From an uncultured Candidatus Rokubacteria bacterium (GTDB lineage: Bacteria; Methylomirabilota; Methylomirabilia; Rokubacteriales; DASRDR01), in the NCBI GenBank assembly GCA_963805625.1, contig CAWDVE010000013.1, positions 544,001 through 608,000 on the forward strand: 64,000 nucleotides of DNA, written 5' to 3'. The notes beneath the pieces are model-generated. The model was not told the DNA's origin, did not search any database, and saw nothing but the letters and a program-made list of their open reading frames with translations. Below are positions 57,081 through 64,000 of the stretch, piece after piece (the stretch's first letter is position 1; every line of letters starts with the position of its first letter). The translations under genes were made by a program, and so were the position numbers.

Positions 57081-58214
57081 CTAATCAGGAGGGGGACCTT
57101 TGGGAGGGGTAAGTCCACACTCGGTCAACTTGTTGAGGAGCGTCTTGTAGGAGACCTTCAGGATGCGCGCAGCTACCGTTCGGTTCCAGCGTACCCGCTC
57201 CAGAACCTCGGCGAGGGCCTTCCGCTCCGCATCCCGGGCTGCCCGACGCGCGATGGCCTTGAGGTCGAACAGGCCAGCCAGGGACTGGTCGGTCGCGGCC
57301 GCGGCTGGGCTCCCGGCGCGCCCGGGGTCGGGCGTCGCCGGAGCCGGCGCGGGGTCAGCGCTGGACGTCTGGATCCGTGCCAGCAGCTCCCGGTGAGCCC
57401 GGCGCGGGTCCCCGAGAACAACCAGGCGGCGAACAAAGTTCTCCAATTCGCGCACATTGCCGGGCCATGCGTAATCGCCCATGAGCGTTACGGTCTCGGC
57501 AGGCAACTCCGCCTCACGGGCATACTGAGTGTTGAACCGGGCAAGGAAGAATTGGGCCAACCCGGGGATGGCCTCCACGCGCTCGCGCAACGGGGGGACG
57601 TGCATCTCGACGACGTTGAGCCGGTAGTAGAGATCCTCGCGAAACTCACCGACTTGGATCGCGGCCTCGAGATCGCGGTTCGTGGTGGCGATCAGCCGGA
57701 CGTCCGCGTGGATCAGCTCCCGACCACCGACGCGCGTGAACTGAAGGTCCTGAAGGACGTGGAGAAGCTTCGCCTGGAGGGGACGTGGCATCTCCCCGAT
57801 CTCGTCGAGGCACAGCGTCCCGCCGCCGGCGAACTCGAAGCGGCCGGGCTTTCGGCGGTAGGCGCCGGTGAACGCTCCCTTCTCGTGGCCGAACAGCTCG
57901 GACTCGAGGAGCCCGCCCGGCAGCGCGGCACAGTTGACCAGCACGAACGGCCCGTCACGCCGCCTCGAGGCCGCATGGATGGCGCGCGCAACCAGGTTCT
58001 TGCCGACCCCGCTCTCGCCGCGGATCAGGACCGTCGCGTCCGTGCGGGCGACCTCGCGAATCACCTCGAGCAAGGCCCGCATCCGCGGGCCCAGGCCGAA
58101 CAGCGGGAGGTACTCGTCGAGGCTCCGAACGCCCGATTCTGATTCGGGTGCGGATGCCTCCGGCCCATCCGGGACCGCGCGAGCGCGTGAACCGCGCGCA
58201 GCGCCCTTTTTCAT
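57081..58214 (-). CDS. Sigma-54-dependent activator (AAA+ plus Fis HTH) with no N-terminal sensor domain
   Basis: [45 protein letters not shown]. Confidence 0.9.
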   Translation of the reverse strand: MKKGAARGSRARAVPDGPEASAPESESGVRSLDEYLPLFGLGPRMRALLEVIREVARTDATVLIRGESGVGKNLVARAIHAASRRRDGPFVLVNCAALPGGLLESELFGHEKGAFTGAYRRKPGRFEFAGGGTLCLDEIGEMPRPLQAKLLHVLQDLQFTRVGGRELIHADVRLIATTNRDLEAAIQVGEFREDLYYRLNVVEMHVPPLRERVEAIPGLAQFFLARFNTQYAREAELPAETVTLMGDYAWPGNVRELENFVRRLVVLGDPRRAHRELLARIQTSSADPAPAPATPDPGRAGSPAAAATDQSLAGLFDLKAIARRAARDAERKALAEVLERVRWNRTVAARILKVSYKTLLNKLTECGLTPPKGPPPD

Positions 58215-58377
58215 CAAGAACTCGCCCTCATCCGGCACGTTGGTTGGGTTGTGCAGACACTCCTCTTACCTTATTCTCATATCATCTAATTGCATATTTT
58301 TCTGTTCTAATGATAAGCTCAGGGAGCGTTCAATCGGGAGGGGCAGTCTGGAGGGACCGTTTCAATCGGGAGGCACG

Positions 58378-58737
58378 ATGCACATCGTGATCATCGACGA
58401 CGAGATTGTCGTGGCCGAAACCCTCGCCGAGGCGGTCAGAGGGCAAGGGCACACCGCGGCCGTCGCCCGCTCCGGCTCGGAAGGACTGGCTCTGCTCGCC
58501 GAGAAGACGCCCGATGCCGTGTTCCTGGATCTGGTCATGCCTGGATTGAGCGGTGTGGAGCTGCTGCGGGAGATCCGGCGCGGCAATCCGGAGCTGCCGA
58601 TCGTCGTGGTCACGGGCTGGGCGGGACCCAAGGATCTCGATGAGGTCAGGCGCCTGGGGGTGACCGACATCGTCGAGAAACCTTGGGCGCTCAAGTACGT
58701 CGACGAGGCACTCCGAACCATCGGAGCCAATGAATGA
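58378..58737 (+). CDS. Single-domain response regulator
   Basis: IIDDE, FLDLVMPG, VVTG, KP; SD GGAGG. Confidence 0.85.
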   Translation: MHIVIIDDEIVVAETLAEAVRGQGHTAAVARSGSEGLALLAEKTPDAVFLDLVMPGLSGVELLREIRRGNPELPIVVVTGWAGPKDLDEVRRLGVTDIVEKPWALKYVDEALRTIGANE

Positions 58738-58739
58738 GT

Positions 58740-59010
58740 GTTCGGCGCCCTGCGCCCGCAGTGGCGCGGACGCGACAGCTCTGAGAGCATTCGCCTCACG
58801 GAGTAGCGCCGTCCGATCGGGGGCAGTCATCGGATAGCAGCTCGCCCCCACGCTCACCGACACGATCTGCCGTCCCCGAACGAAGCGCCGCCCTTCCGGC
58901 AACGGGGCGTTCGCGGCCCGATCAAGAATCCTGGCAAGCATTCCTGGCTCGGTATCGACCAGGAGCAGGGCGAGGATCTCCCGCGACAGCCTCGTGGCGA
59001 CGAACCTCTA
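58740..59010 (-). pseudogene. Degenerate GGDEF-like C-terminal remnant
   Basis: ATRLS...LALLLVD...VSVSVGASCYP..A.D...LL.EA; upstream in-frame stop. Confidence 0.45.
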
Positions 59011-59049
59011 CACGGTCTGCTACGGGGCCGCGACGCCGGTACCTGCAGA

Positions 59050-59584
59050 ATGGTCGAGTTCAGCGCGCCGAGCTTCAGCGCGGCGGAGAACGTGAGTCCA
59101 GCCAAAACATCCCGGTGCGCCGCGCGGGAGACCTGACCGGAACCGTCACGGTCAACCTCACGACGAGCAACGGGACGGCCCAGCAGGGTCAGGACTATTC
59201 GAACGCCAGCCAGCTGGTGACCCTCGGGCCCAACGTCGCCAGCGCGGTCGTCGGCGTGCCGATCGTCAACAACGGGACCCGCAGGACCCCCGCACGGTGC
59301 TCCTCAGCCTCACCGGCCCTGGCGGCGGGGCCACGCTCGGGCCGCTCAGCACGGCCGTGCTCACGATCAACACGACGACCCGCGGGTCCGCTTCAGCAGT
59401 ACGACGCCGATCAGGTACGCTCACGTTCGGCACCAACGAGACGAGCAAGACGTTCACGGTGCCGGTGCATACGAATGCGGGATCCGCGGCGAACAAGTCC
59501 GTGACCCTGACGCTATCGAGCCCGTCGACCGGGGCCACCCTGGGCGCGCCTAGCCCGGCGACACTCCGGAGCGTGAGCGACTGA
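59050..59584 (+). pseudogene. Calx-beta domain surface protein remnant (frameshifted, deleted)
   Basis: VEFSAPSFSAAEN / GTVTV..TT.NGTA..G.DY / SGTLTF..NETSKTFTVPV / LTLS.P..GATLG in different frames. Confidence 0.7.
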
Positions 59585-59775
59585 GCCCGGTCCAGGGTGT
59601 GATGTTCAGCGCCGGCCCTGGGCGGGAGGCTTCGCTCGTCAGCTGGCCGAAGCCTCGACGGCAGGTTGAGCAGACTCGGCAGGAGCTGCGGCGGCTTCGC
59701 CACGGTGGGCGCCGAGGCGGCGAGCCGCGGTGTGTAACGTGTGGCGCCGGCGACCGGGCGGCGCGTCTTGGCGTT

Positions 59776-60123
59776 TTAGCTTTCCGGCCACCGTCCGGAA
59801 CCGCCCCGGTGGAACTGCAGCACGGATCCTTCGAACCCCCCGCTCGCACGCGGCTCTCTCGCCGGGGACTCCGCGGGCCCGCCAACGGTTGTGGGCACTC
59901 CCACCGCGACGACCGGGCACGCGTAGACGTACGCCACGACTCGTGTCGCGGCACGGCGATCGCGGTGGCGCCGCTCCGCGGCGGCCGCCTGACGGGCACG
60001 CCGACGGTCTCCCTGACGTCGGTCGACGATGACGCGAATGGTACTCCCCGCCAGCACGTCCTTGAGGGTAGCCGCCCGCGATGAAAGGTCGCGCGGCACG
60101 ATGACCACGAGGTTGAGATCCAT
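59776..60123 (-). CDS. Small hypothetical protein with DRR/ERR repeats, paralog 2
   Basis: VIVDRRQGDRR...ERRHRDRR...YVYAC; similar to 56517-56807. Confidence 0.65.
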   Translation of the reverse strand: MDLNLVVIVPRDLSSRAATLKDVLAGSTIRVIVDRRQGDRRRARQAAAAERRHRDRRAATRVVAYVYACPVVAVGVPTTVGGPAESPAREPRASGGFEGSVLQFHRGGSGRWPES

Positions 60124-60477
60124 CTTCGGCGCGCATACGCTCCGTTCCACGCGGTCTCTCCCGACGGAGTCCCCAGCAAGTTTGTCGCCACCCCCCACCC
60201 GGAGGCCTGGTGACTCCACGCCAAGTCGCCAATCCCTCCACCAGACGGCCCGACAGGAGGCTTTTCCACCGCCAGGACCCAGGGCCACGCGGCTCGCCGA
60301 GCAGTAAGCTCGATGCCCTCAATGCGAAGGCCGTTGCACAGGGAGTGCACTAAACTGCCGTCATCTGCCCGTAGGACCGACAACCGATGCACACCCGGAG
60401 TCCACAGTCCACCGGACCGCCGCAGTCCTCCAGGAACGAACGGCCGCTGGCGTCCCTGAGGCGGTCCTGATCCGCCC

Positions 60478-60519
60478 ATCTTGACAGGCCACCGATGAAT
60501 CTTGACAGGCCACCGATGA
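60478..60519. repeat. 21-bp tandem duplication containing TTGACA
   Basis: ATCTTGACAGGCCACCGATGA x2. Confidence 0.85.
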
Positions 60520-60538
60520 ACCGGTGAGGATGCTGCGG

Positions 60539-61798
60539 ATGAGCCACCCTCGCGGTGCCGGCGTCCCGTGGATCTCCTGGTGGGCCGGGTTACGCGGGCC
60601 AGACCAACGGGCGAGACCGACCCGAGCGTGGCGGAGATCCAGGCGCGCCGGGGTCCACGCGCTCAGCGCCGCGCTCGGCCTGGCTCTCCTCGCGGGTCCG
60701 GAAGCGGCGTTGGCCCAGGGGCCATGGACGTTCACCCCGTCCCTCCGCGTCGCGGAACGGTACACCGACAACGTCTTCGGAACGGCGGACGATCGCAAGT
60801 CCGACTTCATCACCGAGATCACACCGGGGATCGCCCTCTCCTACGAGGCGCGCCTCTTGCGGATGTCGGCCAGCTATTCAGCAACCGGGGAGATCTACGC
60901 CGACAACTCTGATCTCGACAACTTCGGCGAGAACCAGAACGGCTCGCTCGGACTCGACTACCGGCCCGAGGAGCGCCTGGGCCTCCGCCTCGCCGGCTAC
61001 TATGTCCGGACGAACGATCCATCGTCGTTCCTGGTGGCGCCGGCCGCCGCGCCGCCTGGTACCGTTGTCGTCCCGACCGTCGAGACGACCCGCCACGAGA
61101 CCGCCGTGTTCACACTCTCGGCTGCGGGCGACTACCGCTTCACTTCGCGGTTCTCCGGCCGGGCCGGCTATGCCTTCTCCTACCTTAAGCAGGAAGGGGA
61201 AGAGGACGGCCGCTCTCATACCGGGGACCTCGGCGGGGACTACCAGCTGACGCGGCAGGATGTGGGGTTCTCCACTCTCTCGGTCTCGGCGCTCGACTCG
61301 ACCGAGTCCGACACGAGCGCCGCACTCCTCCTCGGCTGGCGCCGGCAGTGGTCGGCCAACCTCACGACGAGCGTGGCCGCCGGCCCCCGCATCACCGATG
61401 GCACCTGGAGGGGAGCCGCCGATGCGTCGGCCACCTATCAGGCCGCGCGCGAGTGGTCGTTCACGCTCGCCTACTCGCTCGGGACCGGCCTCGCCGTGGG
61501 GACCACGGGGGCCCAGACCGTCTCGGCGCTCACCGCGTCCACCGCCTACCAGGCGTCCCGGGAGCTTTGGTTCACCGCGAGTGGGGGATGGACCCTGACG
61601 TCGCCCCTCGATGGGGGGCCGGACGAGGAGACGACCAACGCCTACGGCGCGGGTGTCTCGGCGTTATATCGGCTCACGACGTGGCTCACGCTCAGGCTGA
61701 GCTACCGGTTCTCCCTCGAGGATCAGAGCCGGGGGGATTCGATCCTCACCAACGAGGTGACCCTCGGGCTCACGGCGGCGTACCCGATCCGGTTCTGA
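60539..61798 (+). CDS. Outer-membrane beta-barrel protein of polysaccharide (EPS/PEP-CTERM-type) loci
   Basis: Signal ending ALAQ, FTPSL.V.E.YTDNV, SDFIT.I.PGI, alternating beta-strands, C-terminal F; start uncertain. Confidence 0.75.
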   Translation: MSHPRGAGVPWISWWAGLRGPDQRARPTRAWRRSRRAGVHALSAALGLALLAGPEAALAQGPWTFTPSLRVAERYTDNVFGTADDRKSDFITEITPGIALSYEARLLRMSASYSATGEIYADNSDLDNFGENQNGSLGLDYRPEERLGLRLAGYYVRTNDPSSFLVAPAAAPPGTVVVPTVETTRHETAVFTLSAAGDYRFTSRFSGRAGYAFSYLKQEGEEDGRSHTGDLGGDYQLTRQDVGFSTLSVSALDSTESDTSAALLLGWRRQWSANLTTSVAAGPRITDGTWRGAADASATYQAAREWSFTLAYSLGTGLAVGTTGAQTVSALTASTAYQASRELWFTASGGWTLTSPLDGGPDEETTNAYGAGVSALYRLTTWLTLRLSYRFSLEDQSRGDSILTNEVTLGLTAAYPIRF

Positions 61799-62020
61799 CT
61801 GGGCCGGATCGCTCTCCCTGAGGTCCCCTCGGCAGAGTCTCTTCGGATGGGAAGACGCTCATCACGTGGCGTCCCCGCCGGGCCGATGGGCAATGCCCTT
61901 CACAATGGGTAACGCGCTACCCAGGAAGAGCAACCGCGAACTGAGGGATGCCTGCCATTGCCCGTTCGGAACACTCCCCGATGCGCAAGTATTTTCAATG
62001 GTTCTCGGGATGACCTCGGC

Positions 62021-62035
62021 TGGCACGGAGGTTGC
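62021..62035 (+). promoter_or_regulatory. Sigma-54 (-24/-12) promoter
   Basis: TGGCACGGAGGTTGC matches TGGCAC-N5-TTGC with exact GG-N10-GC spacing. Confidence 0.8.
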
Positions 62036-62076
62036 GGAACAGTCTCCTCGCCAATGTGTGGGCTGGAACCGGTCAC

Positions 62077-63546
62077 TTGATCAAGGAACGCGCAGTCCTC
62101 GTCCTAGAGTCCGACCCTGTGAGCCAGCATGGGCTCCAGACGGCACTCCGGAACCTCGGGTACCGGGCGGTGCTCGCGGCCTCCCTCGACGACGCGGTCG
62201 TCGCGCTCGGCCGGGACGACTACGTGTGTTGCCTCCTCGCCGCGCGGTTCGAAGGGCGGGACGGGTTGGATCTCCTCCGCCGGCTTCGGGACGATGGACG
62301 CTCGCCGGCCCCGGTGATCCTCATCGCCGACGAGCAGGACACGCGACGGGTCTCCGAGGCGGCGGCGCTCGGCGCGGAGGACTTCCTCCCGAAGCGCTTC
62401 CACCCGGCCGACCTCGAGAACATCCTCAAGGAGGTCGAGGCCCGCCCGCGGGCGGCGACCCCCCCGGCGACGTCAGCGACGCCAGCGACGCCAGCGACGG
62501 AAGACGGCGACGACCCCGCGGCCCAGATCCGCCGCCAGGTAGCGCTCTGGCAGAGCCCCCGGATGGCCGAGGTCTGGGAGACCATCCAGCAGGCCGCGCG
62601 GGTCGACGTCACCGTCCTCATCGAGGGCGAGACCGGGACCGGCAAGGACGTAGTCGCACGGGCGATCCACCAGCTCTCGTCCCGCCGGGCGCAGCCCTTC
62701 GTGAATGTGAACTGCGCGGCCATGCCCCGGGAGCTCCTCGAGTCCGAGCTCTTCGGCCACGAGCGAGGGGCCTTCACGGGCGCCCACCAGACGCAGCCGG
62801 GGAAGTTCGAGCTCGCGAACCGCGGCACGATCTTCCTCGACGAGATCGGGGACCTCCACCCGGCGCTCCAGGCCAAGCTGCTGCACGTCCTCCAGGACGG
62901 CACCTTTTCCCGCGTCGGGGGCCGGGCGCCGATCGAGGTGGACGTGCGGATCCTGGCCGCAACGAACCGGGACCTCGAGCGCGAGGTCGAGGCGATGCGG
63001 TTCCGGGAGGACCTCTTCTACCGCCTGAACGTCATCCAGATCATCGTGCCGCCCCTCCGCGAGCGGATGGAGGAGCTGCCGCTCCTGGCCGCGCACTTCG
63101 CGCGGCGCTACGCGAAGCTCTTCCGCCGCGAGGGCTTCGTGCTCGCGCCGGCCGCGATGGAGCGCCTTAGCCACCACCGCTTCCCGGGGAACGTCCGGGA
63201 GCTCGAGAACCTCGTGAAGCGGATGATCGTCCTCGACGACCCCGGGCTCGACCGCACGCCGTTCCTGCGCACGGGCCGGGCCAACGGGGACGACCCCCGG
63301 GCGGGGACCGGGCCGGGCGGCGCGAACGGCGAGCCCCAGCCGACACCCCGGGCCAGCGTGGTGCCGCTCAAGGAGGTCGCCCGGGCGGCGGCGCGGGCCG
63401 CCGAGCGCGAGGCGATCGCCCGCATCCTCGAGGAGACCGGCTGGAACCGCGTCCGGGCCGCCAAGATCCTCAAGATCAGCTACCGGGCACTGCTCTACAA
63501 GATCAAGGACGTGGGGCTCGGCCAGCTGCCCGAATCGAGCCAGTGA
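62077..63546 (+). CDS. NtrC-like sigma-54 activator with pseudo-receiver domain
   Basis: GETGTGK, GAFTGA, LDEIGD, FPGNVREL, Fis HTH; REC has CLLAARF in place of the phospho-Asp. Confidence 0.88.
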   Translation: MIKERAVLVLESDPVSQHGLQTALRNLGYRAVLAASLDDAVVALGRDDYVCCLLAARFEGRDGLDLLRRLRDDGRSPAPVILIADEQDTRRVSEAAALGAEDFLPKRFHPADLENILKEVEARPRAATPPATSATPATPATEDGDDPAAQIRRQVALWQSPRMAEVWETIQQAARVDVTVLIEGETGTGKDVVARAIHQLSSRRAQPFVNVNCAAMPRELLESELFGHERGAFTGAHQTQPGKFELANRGTIFLDEIGDLHPALQAKLLHVLQDGTFSRVGGRAPIEVDVRILAATNRDLEREVEAMRFREDLFYRLNVIQIIVPPLRERMEELPLLAAHFARRYAKLFRREGFVLAPAAMERLSHHRFPGNVRELENLVKRMIVLDDPGLDRTPFLRTGRANGDDPRAGTGPGGANGEPQPTPRASVVPLKEVARAAARAAEREAIARILEETGWNRVRAAKILKISYRALLYKIKDVGLGQLPESSQ

Positions 63547-63554
63547 GGGAGCCA

Positions 63555-64000
63555 ATGAACGGACGATTGGTGATGGCGCTTCAACGAGTCCTCGTCCTCG
63601 CCCTTCTCGTGGCGTGGGCGCTCGGAATCACTCCCGCACTCGCCCAGACGCCGGCCCCCGCCGGCGCGGCCGCCGCCCCGAGCGCCGCCCCCACCGGCGC
63701 GCCAGATGACTCGCCAAACAGCGCGGTCGACCCGAACGAGTACCGCATCGGGCCGGAGGATGTCCTCCAGATCTCCGTTTGGAAAAACGACCCGATGAGC
63801 TCGAGACAGCCGGTCCGGCCCGACGGGAAGATCACCCTCCCCCTCCTGAACGACGTTGCGGTGGCCGGTCTCACGCCCATGGAGTTGCGCGAGCTCCTCG
63901 TCCAGAAGATCGCCGAGTACATCCCCTCCCCCGAGGTATCGGTCATTGTCCTCGAGCCCCGGAGCTTCAAGGTCTCGGTGATGGGCGAGGTCCCGAAGCC
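63555..64000 (+). CDS. Polysaccharide export protein (Wza/Poly_export plus SLBB), partial
   Basis: EYRIGPEDVLQISVW, VRPDGKITLPLL.DV...GLT, V.V.GEV; runs off the window end. Confidence 0.88.
   Translation, partial: MNGRLVMALQRVLVLALLVAWALGITPALAQTPAPAGAAAAPSAAPTGAPDDSPNSAVDPNEYRIGPEDVLQISVWKNDPMSSRQPVRPDGKITLPLLNDVAVAGLTPMELRELLVQKIAEYIPSPEVSVIVLEPRSFKVSVMGEVPK

Noticed and set aside
58233-58248. CGGCACGTTGGTTGG as a sigma-54 promoter for the lone REC
   Set aside because: The -24 element is good, but the -12 reads TTGG instead of TTGC; too weak to call
62032-62076. TTG 62032 as the activator start
   Set aside because: It lies inside the -12 element of the sigma-54 promoter; TTG 62077 is preferred
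62455-62500. GCGACGCCA repeats in the activator gene
   Set aside because: In-frame 9-bp units encoding an ATPATPAT linker; ordinary low complexity
1-64000. tRNA, rRNA, riboswitch, integrase or transposase
   Set aside because: None recognised by eye; an Infernal/Rfam scan would be needed to exclude small structured RNAs

Overview
This is a very GC-rich bacterial chromosomal segment. The orphan ABC_sub_bind protein, Cache-HAMP-multi-GAF kinase, many LLM/2-hydroxyacid dehydrogenases and small DRR-motif proteins suggest Candidatus Rokubacteria/Methylomirabilota (inference, not tested). No rRNA, tRNA, CRISPR array or intact transposase was seen. It holds about 65 CDS, mostly accessory catabolic and envelope genes, plus many short gene scars. 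Main points: (1) a compact non-NRPS carrier-protein cluster at 16.0-21.3 kb (ACP, stand-alone condensation-like acyltransferase, adenylating enzyme, flavin-dependent halogenase with WxWxIP, convergent methyltransferase) next to a DAHP synthase; (2) a regulatory region at 56.5-64 kb in front of a polysaccharide export locus, with two paralogous small DRR/ERR-repeat proteins, two sigma-54 activators that cannot be phosphorylated in the usual way, a stand-alone receiver and a consensus -24/-12 promoter; (3) a beta-CASP nuclease that appears to start at an ATT codon; (4) a translationally coupled DUF5674 plus helical-protein pair; (5) two TA loci, one with a frameshifted toxin; (6) several leaderless-type promoters and short tandem repeats at gene junctions. 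All family calls come from motif recognition by eye; no database searches were run.
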